Of a DNA stretch of 64,000 nt, positions 1 to 11,851 are shown one piece after another. Position numbers and translations under genes: made by a program. Source of the stretch: Callorhinchus milii (Eukaryota). The notes under the pieces are model-generated. The model searched no databases. It was not told the DNA's origin and worked only from the letters and a program-made list of their open reading frames with translations. Position 1 is the first letter of the stretch; every line of letters begins with the position of its first letter. The stretch covers positions 86,554,001 to 86,618,000 of the forward strand of contig NW_024704742.1 in the NCBI RefSeq assembly GCF_018977255.1. The letters are read 5' to 3'.

Positions 1-257
1 CTGATGTGAAAGAGCCCCAGAAAAAGATGCGGCTGAAGCAAGCATTGCAGAGAGCAAGTTAATTATGAAACTGTTCAATCAATGTTTTAATAAAACATTT
101 ATGTAAAGAAATTTCAATATTTAATGTTACAATTTTATCAATTTTATAAATTTCAATGACAAAATGGTTGACTCATGTTTCCAGAAACTAGAAAAACAGC
201 ATGGAATGTGCACAGTACTCAAAACCTAAATATAAGTCTACTTCAGCCCACGACTTG

Positions 258-725
258 GTTGTGGGACACTGCTGTGCGCAATTGGCTGCCGCATTTCACT
301 CACAAAATATACAGTCAATTCACTTCACAGTATATTCCGTGAAGCATTTTGAGAGAACAGCAACAACAAGATTACATTTATAGAGCGCCTTTCACGTCGG
401 GGGTCAGGAACTGAGCATGGGGGAGGGGTGGTGTAGGGGTGAGGGAAGGCAGAGAGGTGGGAGGGCGACTGAAGGCACGACTGAAGAGGAGGGTCTTGAG
501 ACCGGCCTTGAAGGAGGCAAGGGAGGAAATGAGGTGAAGGGACTGTGGGATAGAGTTCAAGAGTGTGGGGGCAGAGAGGCTGAAAGCTTGGCCACCGATG
601 GTAGCACGGGTCGGGCGGGAGATATGGAGCAGACCGGAGCCCGCTGAATGGAGGGAGCGGGCAGGTTGGGACATCTTTGAGATGTGAAAAGCGCTATATC
701 AAATGCAAAGTTTTTTGTTATTTCT
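258..725 (+). mobile_element. 3' half of tRNA-SINE, interrupted after TTTGAGA by an antisense L2 3' fragment
   Basis: gtgggacactgctgtgcgcaattggctgccgc...gtgaagcattttgaga matches the other SINE copies; the tail resumes at ~670 (gacatctttgagatgtgaaaagcgctatatcaaatgc). Confidence 0.8.
356..669 (-). mobile_element. L2 LINE 3' fragment
   Basis: Minus-strand translation PARSLHSAGSGLLHISRPTRATIGGQAFSLSAPTLLNSIP...FKAGLKTLLF is the L2 ORF2 C-terminus; (TTG)n-like tail at ~356-370. Confidence 0.9.
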
Positions 726-1829
726 ACTAAATGTAACAAATTGCTTATATTTTCACTTAAGCCCTACCATTTTGTTTTTGGGTCACCCTTCTTCAATTCC
801 ACCCCCACAACACGCCATCCTCCTCACACCCTCCATCTTCTCAGCTGCTTCCCCCAGCTCAGGCGAAGGCATTGAGATGTCATCCCAGCTTGAAAAGCTC
901 TGTCTGAATGTAAATTATTTTTGTTATGAATATGAACGTTCAGAATAACACAGAGTAAAATAGCCTTCGACCTAGAGAAAAACAACACACAAAAACAGCG
1001 CAGTGCATAGGAAAGCATTGATCACAGTCTGGGAGCACTGCTGATGACAAGTAGTACAAGGTCACCTAGTTACAGTGACTGCTCTTAAACTGATGCAGGA
1101 TGAGCCTTTACCTAGGAAAAAATGAGTTTGCTATGCTCTCGCTGGAAATCTGTAACTGTATACTTATAAATAACTTGAGTGCAACTGTATATGTATAATT
1201 TAATTTTAGGTGTATAAGGTAATATTACAGTATTTATAATTTAAAATGTGTAATTTGAAATTGCATTGTATTCGTTTCTAAGTGCCTAGCGAAAAATGCG
1301 GTAAACAGTTACAGAAAACACTTAGCCCACATCAACAAACTCACTGCAATGAAGGAATATAGCATAATAATCCATTTATTTGCTGGAATAATCTTTAACC
1401 CATCATTCTATGGAGAACTATCAGTGAATTACAAGACAATAATCTAGTTGAAGATGAGATCATAAACTTCAACACTGAGAATGAGATTGGATTTAATGCC
1501 TTCAATTTATTGTCAGCCATCCAGCATTATTTTCATTTCTAGGATTTTTATGTATGTATATGTTTCACAATCACATCTAGAGTATTAGTTCTAATATCCT
1601 GAGGAATGATCATGCAATTAATTGATGAAACTTCAACTATTTCTACAAGTCTCATTACGATTGTATCTTTTTCTTAACTTATCTCGGGATATAGGCGATG
1701 TTGGCATTTTACCAGCATTTATTGCCCTTCCCTGATTTCTTTACATTGCTGGTGTCCTATAGTGATGGTGTTCCTAAAATGGTGTTGCGTAGGATTTTGA
1801 CCCAGTGATGATGATTTTTTTTGGTCAGC

Positions 1830-2035
1830 CTGGTGACTGACACATGTGAAAACCCATCCTCCTGCTTAAGAGTTACCATATCAAACTGAGAATTCCATAC
1901 ATCCAACCCACACGTAGAAATAGCAGAGATATTTAATGGGATGCGCACTCTCTCCCTGGAGGGACGCATCCTGCTTACCTAATTCTGGAAAACATTAGGC
2001 GCAGGTTGGCAGGAGCTGGCAAGTACCAGGAACTC
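1830..2035 (-). repeat. Unclassified interspersed repeat (family U), copy 1
   Basis: Similar to 15660-15975, 47040-47258, 59380-59508 and 62770-62932 (ctctccctggagggacgcatcc...acctaattc...attaggcgcaggttgg). Confidence 0.75.
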
Positions 2036-3084
2036 CCTACAAGCTTCCTGGTGAGCAGCACAGCTCAACATGAATGCCTGAGAGCATTGCCACTATTTTC
2101 CTGCCTACAAACCTCCAGCACACGTTGCTTCCCATTGAGCAATAGTTCCACCAGTTGGAGGTGCAGAGCTTGAGCACATCTTCTTACCTGTCTGCAAGCC
2201 AATCAAGGTGGATTCCAGATGCTGGATATCCAAATCTGTATACCATTTATATTCCTGGTGTGTAACTTGCACTTTAGTGCTATTCGGTACTTTCAGTCAT
2301 GTAATATGAATATGAAATAGGTAACAGATACAGACTGTGGCTGTGAGCTACCTGACTGCATGCCCCCTCCCTGGCATTTACTCAGTACACATATTATTTT
2401 AGAATAATGGAAAGCATTCCCCAAAGGCAAAATTAAATGTTGATATTCCCCAAGGTCAAAATTAAATATTTATATTCAATGTGGTATCTCTTTTTTTAAT
2501 CGTAACGCTTTAATTAAGACATTTTAATGAAAAAAGTAAAATTGTTTTTCAGGCGTACCTTGCCCAGATGGATGCAGTGGGTAATTTGTTTGGAATTGCA
2601 GATTGACAGTCCAAATTCACAGGATCAATCCTGATTTAAGGATTTGGCCTTGAGGCAGTCAGCATTCTTATCATTAGCAATCTCAGTTAGAGCCACCTCG
2701 AGATGCCATCCTTCCAATAAGCAGCATCGAAACCCCCTTCTACAGTGTTACCATTTAGCGGATGCAGTGTGAACGGTGTTAGAAAATTATTTCCAAAAAA
2801 AATCAACACAGTTAATGTTTCTCGGGAGGCTTGAGTTTTTTGACTGCTTAATCCGGGGAGTTTTTTGACTGCTTAACAACAATTTGTAATTGTGTTAGTG
2901 GACATCTTGGAGATTATGATTTGGAGAGTTTTCTGAAATCCACGCGGATGTAACAAGGCCACACATAAATTTTCTCTGATGGTGCTGCAAATCAAGTGGT
3001 AAGAGGTCATTTCTACTCTAGTTGCAATCTGTGATGCTCAGAGCTAGAAACTCATCATTTTTGTAAATCTCTTTCTCTCTATAT

Positions 3085-3510
3085 ATAACTTTTGCCCACA
3101 AAACGCACAATCAATTCACTTTACAGAGAAATCCCGTGAAGTGTTCTGAGATATATCAATGATGTGATAAAGCGCTATATCAAATGCAAGGATTATCATT
3201 ATTAGTCAATCCACTTTACAGTGAAATCGCCCACAAAAAATACAGTCAATTCACTTTACAATATATTCTGTAAAGCGCTTTCGAGACGTTTCCAAGCTGA
3301 GATAACGCGCTATATTAAATGCTACGATTACAACATAATAAAAACCCTTTCATTTGATAGTGCGCCTTATCACGTCTTCGAGACGTCTCAAAGCGCTTCA
3401 CAGGATATACCGGCAAGAATACATCATTATTACAATAATAAGTGCTTTTGAGACGCCTCAACGACCCGATTGAGACGGCGCATCGAAAGCAAAGATGATT
3501 ATTAGGACTT
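3085..3510. mobile_element. Cluster of short SINE/L2 3'-tail fragments in both orientations
   Basis: Repeated gtcaattcactttacag...gcgctatatcaaatgcaaggatta tails on + and one on -. Confidence 0.75.
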
Positions 3511-3639
3511 AAAAAGGTGGTTTCTTGCACCTGGTGGGGAAACTGCAAAGGAAATCAATTCCTCCAAAGGTGCAGGTTAACATAATGCAGTATATGCTCT
3601 AAGAGAGCGACGTTGCCGATGGTGTTTGTGTAGCCTTTC

Positions 3640-3855
3640 CCTGTGTGTGTGTGTGTGAGTGAGAGTGAGTGAGTGTAGAGGTGGTTTCTCCTCAGTGATC
3701 CTGACGTCAGGGCGTGTTGTAGTGCTTTAAAGAAGATGGTGGAGCTGCTGCTGCTGCTGCAGGAGATCTGGGATAGAGAGAGAGAGAGAGAGAGAGCAAA
3801 TATCTTCACTAAATATCTTTACTAAATAGTCGTCAACGCCGCCACAGAAACACAG
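3640..3855 (+). promoter_or_regulatory. Candidate promoter and non-coding first exon A
   Basis: Palindromic CRE cctgacgtcagg (3700-3711), YY1-like aagatgg (~3733), strong donor CAG|GTAAGG at 3855/3856, CpG-rich segment with GC-box-like ggggcgg at 3860-4020. Confidence 0.55.
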
Positions 3856-4061
3856 GTAAGGCGCCGATTAATAGTACGCGTTCGCTGTGCGGGACAGCGA
3901 ACAGCCTCCGTCTCAATAACACTTTGCAACCTCGGGAAATGTGCACATGTATTGCGGTTGGAGGGAGAGGCGGGTTCACAGGCGCGGGGCGGAGGGGCGG
4001 AGGGCGGAGGGCGGCTCCTCTTTGGTCGTTTTCCCGACGTTTCTTTCTAAAGCTGCATTAG

Positions 4062-5159
4062 GCTCTCCCCCCCCCCCCCCCCGCCTGGCTGCTGGGCTCC
4101 CCCCCCCCCCCCCCAGCCTGGCTGCTGGGCTCCCCCCCCCCCCCCAGCCTGGCTGCTGGGCTCCCCCCCCCCCCCCCCCCAGCCTGGCTGCTGGGCTCCC
4201 CCCCCCCCCCCCAGCCTGGCTGCTGGGCTCCCCCCCCCCCCCCCCCAGCCTGGCTGCTGGGCTCCCCCCCCCCCCCCCCCAGCCTGGCTGCTGGGCTCCC
4301 CCCCCCCCCCCCCCAGCCTGGCTGCTGGGCTCCCCCCCCCCCCCCCCCAGCCTGGCTGCTGGGCTCCCCCCCCCCCCCCCCCCAGCCTGGCTGCTGGGCT
4401 CCCCCCCCCCCCCCCAGCCTGGCTGCTGGGCTCCCCCCCCCCCCCCCCAGCCTGGCTGCTGGGCTCCCCCCCCCCAGCCTGGCTGCTGGGCTCCCCCCCC
4501 CCCCCAGCCTGGCTGCTGGGCTCCCCCCCCAGCCTGGCTGCTGGGCTCCCCCCCCCCCCAGCCTGGCTGCTGGGCTCCCCCCCCCCCAGCCTGGCTGCTG
4601 GGCTCCCCCCCCCCCAGCCTGGCTGCTGGGCTCCCCCCCCCCCCCCAGCCTGGCTGCTGGCTCCCCCCCCCCCCCCAGCCTGGCTGCTGGGCTCCCCCCC
4701 CCCCCCAGCCTGGCTGCTGGGCTCCCCCCCCCCCCCAGCCTGGCTGCTGGGCTCCCCCCCCCCCCAGCCTGGCTGCTGGGCTCCCCCCCCCCCCAGCCTG
4801 GCTGCTGGGCTCCCCCCCCCCCCCCAGCCTGGCTGCTGGGCTCCCCCCCCCCAGCCTGGCTGCTGGGCTCCCCCCCCCCCCCCAGCCTGGCTGCTGGGCT
4901 CCCCCCCCCCCCAGCCTGGCTGCTGGGCTCCCCCCCCCCCCAGCCTGGCTGCTGGGCTCCCCCCCCCCAGCCTGGCTGCTGGGCTCCCCCCCCCCCCAGC
5001 CTGGCTGCTGGGCTCCCCCCCCCCCAGCCTGGCTGCTGGGCTCCCCCCCCCCCCAGCCTGGCTGCTGGGCTCCCCCCCCCCCCAGCCTGGCTGCTGGGCT
5101 CCCCCCCCCAGCCTGGCTGCTGGGCTCCCCCCCCCCCCAGCCTGGCTGCTGGGCTCCCC
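4062..5159 (+). repeat. Minisatellite AGCCTGGCTGCTGGGCT-(C)n, about 36 units
   Basis: Near-invariant 17-nt core separated by C runs of ~8-18, counted by eye. Confidence 0.97.
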
Positions 5160-6650
5160 TTCCCTTGTGTTTGCGACCCGACTGGACACCAGTGCGAATG
5201 AATCAGTGGTCAGTGTTTGCAGTGTGTGCTATAGACCCTTTAGATCACTCTCTCTCTCTCTCTCTCCAGTCGCCTTTCCCTTCCTGTTTTGCTGCCTCTC
5301 TCTCTCTCTCTTTCCCTCTTCCTGATGCATTCATCTGACTCTGCTATTCTCTCTCTCTCTCTCTCTCTGTCTGATGAGATCTGCCCTGTTTGACCCATCC
5401 ATTGGCCACACCGATCCCCCCCCCCCCACCCCATCCCATGGGATCTTCACCTCCCTCCCCCCCCCTCTTCCCAGACATACAGCACCCTCTAACCTCATCT
5501 ATACCTATTCTCATTTGGTAAGAAATCCTTGCAGAACTCTATATATATATAGAGAGAGAGAGTTGCAAACACACTTCTCCCCTCTCTCTCTCTTTCCAAC
5601 ACCAGTCAGGACCCTAAGGACCGATCTGAAATATAAACAACTGACATATCTGAGAGGAAAAACAGGTTAAGGTTTTCTTTGAAGAAAACAAGTGTCTGTG
5701 CCTGTGAGGATCCTCTGCAGCAGAGAGAGAGAGGCTGTGGTTCAGATGGAGTCAGATTCCAGCCCTGAAACCTTACAGCATCTTTTTTTTCTTTTCAGCC
5801 ACTAATTGATGCTCTGTGGATTGATTTTCCAGCCTTAAATTTCAGAATTTTTGCACCTTTTATTTTCAGATTTCCCGCATTTTGGAGTTTATTTGAGCAC
5901 TGGTCTCCAGCTTGTTTTTCTCGTCCCCTTTTTCTCTCGGTCTCTCTCTCTCTCTCTCTCTTTGGGTGTGTTTGGTCGATATTCCTTCCTTTCCTGCAAG
6001 ACTGACTTTTCCCTGTTTAAGAGAACAGACTCGTCCACAGCGCCTCGTGATGTACACGTTTTAACACGGAGAAGGGAGGGGAGGGTTTAACGATGGTGCA
6101 AAATCCCCCTTTCTTTCTTTCTTTCTTTCTTTCGTTCTTGGATGTTCCCTAATTCCCTGCAAAGAGTGACTTTTCCCTGGGTTTTCAGAATACAGGATCT
6201 TCAACCTGGCTTTGCAATTTACATGCACAGCAGGCAAGAGAGGCAGGACTCAATAAATCTATCCCTGCTCATTTCCTCTCTCCTCTGTCTGAACCAGGGT
6301 TTGCCAGAAATTACAATACATTTGTAGCCCAGAGTCCACCCAATACCAGCCCCCAAAGTAGCCCAATATTATGTGCTACCTCCTATATGGGTGGCAGAGC
6401 GGTACTTAGCTTTTGAAACTGTGCAAGGAAAGGAAAATAAACGTTTTGCAGGTTTAAATAAAATAAATTAAAATGAGGCAAAACCAGCCCCAAAGTAGCC
6501 CAATATAAACCTGTCGCCGACTGACGAGTAATATTGCCTCTCTGCCCTGCTGTGCATGTAAATTGCAAGACCAGTCTGAAGATCCTGTACTCTTCAAACC
6601 AGGGAGCAGTCACTCTGCTGGGAAATAGGGAACATCCATCCAAACCATCC

Positions 6651-7998
6651 AGTGCAGAGCCCTGTGTGTGTGTTTGTGGGGGGGCACATTGAGTGCAGAG
6701 CCCTGTGTGTGTGTGTGGGGGGGCACATTGAGTGCAGAGCCCTGTGTGTGTGTTTGTGGGGGGGGGGGGAGCACATTGAGTGCAGAGCCCTGTGTGTGTG
6801 TGGGGGGGGGAGCACATTGAGTGCAGAGCCCTGTGTGTGTGTGTGTGTGTGGGGGGGGGGCACATTGAGTGCAGAGCCCTGTGTGTGTGTGTGTGGGGGG
6901 GGGGCACATTGAGTGCAGAGCCCTGTGTGTGTGTGGGGGGGGGGGGGGCACATTGAGTGCAGAGCCCTGTGTGTGTGTGTGGGGGGGGGGGGGGGGCACA
7001 TTGAGTGCAGAGCCCTGTGTGTGTGTGGGGGGGGGGGGGGCACATTGAGTGCAGAGCCCTGTGTGTGTGTGTGGGGGGGGGGCACATTGAGTGCAGAGCC
7101 TGTGTGTGTGTGGGGGGGGGGGGCACATTGAGTGCAGAGCCCTGTGTGTGTGTGTGGGGGGGGGGGGGCACATTGAGTGCAGAGCCCTGTGTGTGTGTGT
7201 GGGGGGGGGGCATTGAGTGCAGAGCCTGTGTGTGTGTGGGGGGGGGCACATTGAGTGCAGAGCCCTGTGTGTGTGTGGGGGGGGGGCACATTGAGTGCAG
7301 AGCCCTGTGTGTGTGTGGGGGGGGGGCACATTGAGTGCAGAGCCCTGTGTGTGGTGTGGGGGGGGGCACATTGAGTGCAGAGCCCTGTGTGTGTGTGTGG
7401 GGGGGGAGCACATTGAGTGCAGAGCCCTGTGTGTGTGTGGGGGGGGGGGGGGGGGGGGGCACATTGAGTGCAGAGCCCTGTGGTGTGTGTGGGGGGGGGG
7501 GCACATTGAGTGCAGAGCCCTGTGTGTGTGGGTGTGGGGGGGGGGGCACATTGAGTGCAGAGCCCTGTGTGTGTGTGGGGGGGCACATTGAGTGCAGAGC
7601 CCTGTGTGTGGGGGGGGGGGGAGCACATTGAGTGCAGAGCCCTGTGTGTGTCTGGGTGGCACATTGAGTGCAGAGCCCTGTGTGTGTGGGGGGGACATTG
7701 AGTGGAAAGCCCTGTGTGTGTGGGGGGGGGGGGGGGGCACATTGAGGCAAGCCCTGTGTGTGTGGGGGGGGGGGGGGGGGGCACATTGAGTGCAGAGCCC
7801 TGTGTGTGTGTGGGGGGGGGGGGCACATTGAGTGCAGAGCCCTGTGTGTGTGTGGGGGGGGGGAGCACATTGAGTGCAGAGCCTGTGTATGTGTGTGTGT
7901 GGGGGGGGAGCACATTGAGTGCAGAGCCCTGTGTGTGTGTGTGTGGGGGGGAGCACATTGAGTGCAGAGCCCTGTGTGTGTCTGGCACAGTGAGTGAG
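6651..7998 (+). repeat. Compound minisatellite GCACATTGAGTGCAGAGCCCT-(GT)n-(G)n, about 30 units
   Basis: Near-constant 21-nt core with variable GT and G tracts. Confidence 0.97.
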
Positions 7999-7999
7999 T

Positions 8000-9915
8000 G
8001 AGCGACCCGAGCTGGCCCTCCTTCAAAATGCCCCCCTCCCTGCAACTCTCCCGGTCTGTCCTGCTCTCTCTCCGCCTCCTATCTCTGCTTGACCCCCCCA
8101 CTGCCTCCCTTGCTCCAGCCTGGGAATCCTCCGCCGGGCTCATTGGAGCTCTTGGTGCTGGCTGTCCAGCAGCAGCCACACCGACTGCCCCATTCCCCAC
8201 TACTGCCACAAGCCACCCCCGACCCTGACCTCGGGGCTAACTTCTCCTCCCTCATCTACATCCCCACCCTCTCTCTCAACCATTCCACTGCCCCCTCCCA
8301 TCCCACACATCCCCCTGCCAACTGTCCATTCCGCATTGGACTTCAAAATGTCTGCTCCATCTCCCAACAAGACCCTGGTCATCAATGAACTCATCCTGGA
8401 TGAGAACATTGATATCATGGTACTCACAGAAACCTGGATCACCCCAGGTGACACCTTCCCCCTCACTGAGGCCACACCACCCGGCTACACCTACCACCAA
8501 ACCCCATGCCCTAACCGTTGTGGCGGTGGTGTGGCCCTCATATCCAGGGTATCACTTGCCCTATCCCCCTACTCCACCGGCTCGTTCCCCTCCTTCGAAC
8601 ACCTCACCCTCTGCCATCCCTCCCACCGCGCCTCAAAATCCTCTCTCACCTTCATCTCTGACATCTCCACCCTCTTTGCTTCCCTCTGCCTCTGCTCCGA
8701 CCACCTCATCATCCTCGGCGACTTCAACCTCCACTTCACCCCCTCCTGCTCCATCTCCTCAGACTTCTCTCTCCTCTCTCAACCTCTCCCTCCACATCCA
8801 CTCTGCTACCCACACCCATGGTCACCCGCTCAACCCTGTAATCACCCGAGGCCTCAGCGTCTTGGATGTCACCATCACTGACAAGGCCATTTCTGACCCC
8901 CATTTCATCTCCCTCAACTCCCATATCCCTCTCCTCACTGCCTCCAAACCTACCACCATCTTCTACTGCCCGTGGAAGAAGATTGCCCCACAATCCCTCT
9001 CCACTGCCCTGGAGTCCTCTGATCTCCTCCTCCTCTGGCCCACCTCTTGCAACAACCCACTCACTGCACTCACTCTTCTCCACAGCACCCTATTCACCGC
9101 ACTTGATGTCCTTGCCCCCCTCACCTCCTGAACTGCCTCCTATTCCCGATCCTCACTCTGGTTCACCAGCCACCTCTGCTTCCTTAAGGGCCAGGCGTGG
9201 TCGGCCGAACGCGCTTGGCTTAAAATCTGGCCTAACGGTCCACCGCCACATCTAGTCGGACTTCATCAAGAACTACCGCACCGCTCTCGCCTCAGCCAAT
9301 TCATCCTTCTACTCCAGGTTAATCCTGGAGGCGAAAGGCAATCCCAGGCTTCTGTTCTCCACCACTATCCGGCTCCTCCTCCCTCCCCGACATGCCTGGC
9401 AGATACTTTCCTCCAATTCTTACTGTGAGAAAATGCTGGACTTCCTCGAGTCCAAAAGCTGCCACTGCCCTCCCAACTTCCAACCCCTCCTTACCCCCAC
9501 CCCATACAATTACCCATCCGACAACTACCCATCCCTCCTTCCACACCTTTGAACCTGTCACCCCTTCCTCTGTCTTCCACACGGTCACCTCCATGAAGTC
9601 CACCACCTGCTCCCTGGACCCCATTCCCACCTCACTCCTTAAATCCTAGCTGCACCTCCTTGCCCCACTGCTCGCCGACATCATTAACCTCTCCTGTCAT
9701 CTGGCACTGTTCCTTCCCCCCTCAAAACAGCCACTATCACCCCCAACTTGAAGAAACCTTCCCTCGACCCATCACAGCTATCCAGCTACCAGCCCATCTC
9801 AAATCTCCCCTTTCTATCTAAGGTCCTTGAGAGAGCCGTTGCCTCCCAGCTTCGCTCTTTCCTCTTCTCTCACTCCCTCCATGAACCCCTCCAATCGGGT
9901 TTCCGTGCTGTCCAC
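8000..9915 (+). mobile_element. L2 LINE ORF2 5' part (APE endonuclease, linker, start of RT), degenerate
   Basis: Translations VLTETWI, GGGVAL, LIILGDFNLH (APE motifs) and KKPSLDPSQLSSYQPISNLPFLSKVLERAV...QSGFR (start of RT); frameshifts and stops. Confidence 0.93.
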
Positions 9916-10075
9916 AGAGCCGTGTGTGTGTGTGTGTGTCTGGCACAGTGAGTGAGCTAGTGCAGAGCCCTGTGTGTATATGTGTGTGTGTCTGGCACAG
10001 TGAGTGAGTGACTGGCACAGTGAGTGAGTGCAGAGCCCTGTGTGTATGTGTGTTTGTGTGTGTGTGGCACAATGA
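9916..10075 (+). repeat. Patch of GCAGAGCCCT/(GT)n/GGCACAGTGAGTGAG satellite inside the L2
   Basis: Same motifs as 7960-8000 and 10852 onward. Confidence 0.9.
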
Positions 10076-10852
10076 GTGGCTCAGGCTCTGGCAGCATCAA
10101 CCTCCTGGTTGCACACTTCAACTCACCAGCCAGTCAGGAACCTAGGTCTTGTTCGACCCTCAACTGTCTTTTCTTCCCTACGTCCAAGCCATGACCTGCT
10201 CTGCCTTCCCTCACTTCCGTAACATCGCCCGACTCCGCCACTACCTCACCCCTCAGGCCACTGAAACTAGTTCATGCCTTCATCACCTCCAGGCTCGACT
10301 ATGCAAATGCCCTGTTTGTCGGCCTTTCCACTCCTCCCTCCACAGGCTGCAGATAATCCAGAACTCTGCAGCCCGTGTCCTCTCCCGCACCAAACTCCGT
10401 GACCCCATCTCCCCCATTCTAGCCCAACTCCATTGGCTCCCTATCCTTCAGAGGATCCAGTTCAAGATCCTGGTCCTCACATATAAAGCCCTCCATGGCC
10501 TCGCCCCACCCTACCTCTGCGACCTCCTAAGCCCCTACCAACCCGCCCGTTCCCTCCGCTCAGCCGGCTCTGGCCTGCTCCACGTCCCCCGACCCACCCG
10601 ACCGCCCCACCATTGGCGGGAGGGCCTTCAGCCACTCTGGCCCCAACCTCTGGAATTCCATCCCCCAGTCACTCCGCCTCACCCCCTCCTTAGCCTCCTT
10701 CAAGTCCCGCCTCAAGACCCTACTCTTCAACCATGCCATCGGCCAACCCCTCCCCCCTGACCCCAGCTTGGGTCTAAAATGCTGTACACCTTCCTTGAGA
10801 CGTCCTCACAACGTGAAAGGCGCTATACAAATGTAATCTTCTTGTTGTTGTT
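10076..10852 (+). mobile_element. L2 LINE ORF2 3' part with 3' stem-loop and (TTG)n tail
   Basis: FDPQLSF...[12 protein letters not shown]...LHWLPILQRIQFKILVLTYKALHGLAPPYL; ends gtgaaaggcgctatacaaatgtaatcttcttgttgttgttg. Confidence 0.93.
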
Positions 10853-11524
10853 GAGTGAGTGAGTGCAGAGCCCTGTGTGTGTGTGTGTGAGTGAGTGCAG
10901 AGCCCTGTGTGTGTGTGTGTGTGTGAGTGAGGGAGTGAGTGCATAGCCCTGTGTGTGTGTGTGTGTGTGGGAGTGAGTGAGTGCAGAGCCCTGTGTGTGA
11001 GTGAGGGAGTGAGTACAGAGCCCTGTGTGTGTGTGAGGGAGTGAGTGCAGAGCCCTGTGTGTGTGTGTGTGTGTGAGAGAGTGAGTGAGGGAGTGAGTGC
11101 AGAGCCCTGTGTGTGAGTGTGTGAGGGAGAGAGGGAGTGAGTGAGTGAGGGAGTGAGGGAGGGCAGAGCCCTGTGTGTGAGGGAGTGAGTGCAGAGCCCT
11201 GTGTGTGAGTAAGTGAGTGTGTGAGGGAGGGCAGAGCCCTGTGTGTGAGTGAGTGTGTGAGGGAGAGGGCAGAGCCCTGTGTGTGAGTGAGTGAGTGTGT
11301 GAGAGAGGGAGGGCAGAGGCCTGTGTGTGAGTGAGTGAGGGCAGAGCCCTGTGTGTGAGTGAGTGAGGGAGGGCAGAGCCCTGTGTGTGAGGAAATGAGT
11401 GAGTGAGTGCAGAGCTCTGTGTGTGAGGGAGTGAGTGAGTGAGTGCAGAGCCCTGTGTGTGAAGTTGAGTGAGTGCAGAGCCCTGTGTGTGTGTGAGTGT
11501 GTGAGGGAGGGAGGGCAGAGCCCT
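10853..11524 (+). repeat. GCAGAGCCCT-(GT)n-(GAGT)n minisatellite
   Basis: Direct reading; shares its core with the 6651-7998 array. Confidence 0.95.
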
Positions 11525-11527
11525 AGT

Positions 11528-11850
11528 GGAGTCCTGTGGCTCAGTGGTTAGAGCACTTGCTTTGCAAGCAAGACACCTGGGTTCAATTCCAGTCAGGGCG
11601 AAACCTTGGGCAAGTTTCCTTACTCCACACACCTAATAATAATCCCTCCAAAACCCCAAACAATAATAAATTGGTCATTTTCAATCTACGACTTTTTTGT
11701 GGGACATTGCTGTGCGCAATTGGCTGCCGCGTTCGCCCACAAATATACAGTCAATTCACTTTACAGTATATTCTGTGAAGCGCTTTGGGACGTCCTCCCG
11801 ACGTGAAAAGCGCTATATCAAATGCAAGGATTATTATTATTATTATTATA
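11528..11850 (+). mobile_element. tRNA-derived SINE, near full length (SINE2-1_CM-like)
   Basis: A box tggctcagtgg, B box ggttcaattcc, L2-like 3' tail ending (TTA)n; many copies in the window. Family name is from recall and unverified. Confidence 0.9.
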
Positions 11851-11851
11851 A

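Noticed and set aside
1381..1545. ELQDNNLVEDEIINF, reminiscent of the Ulp1/SENP motif (WLNDEIINFY) carried by some DNA transposons
   Set aside because: A short match flanked by stops, with no catalytic residues visible; would need an HMM search.
3941..5338. 465-aa proline-rich ORF and its 380-aa glycine-rich antisense ORF
   Set aside because: Both are translations of a stop-free minisatellite; frames shift with homopolymer length and both strands are open.
6651..7998. CRISPR-like constant repeat with variable spacers
   Set aside because: The spacers are only (GT)n(G)n, there are no cas genes, and the context is vertebrate.
6383..8209. 450-600-aa His/Pro/Thr-rich ORFs
   Set aside because: Open in all three minus frames over a tandem repeat, so an artefact of low complexity.
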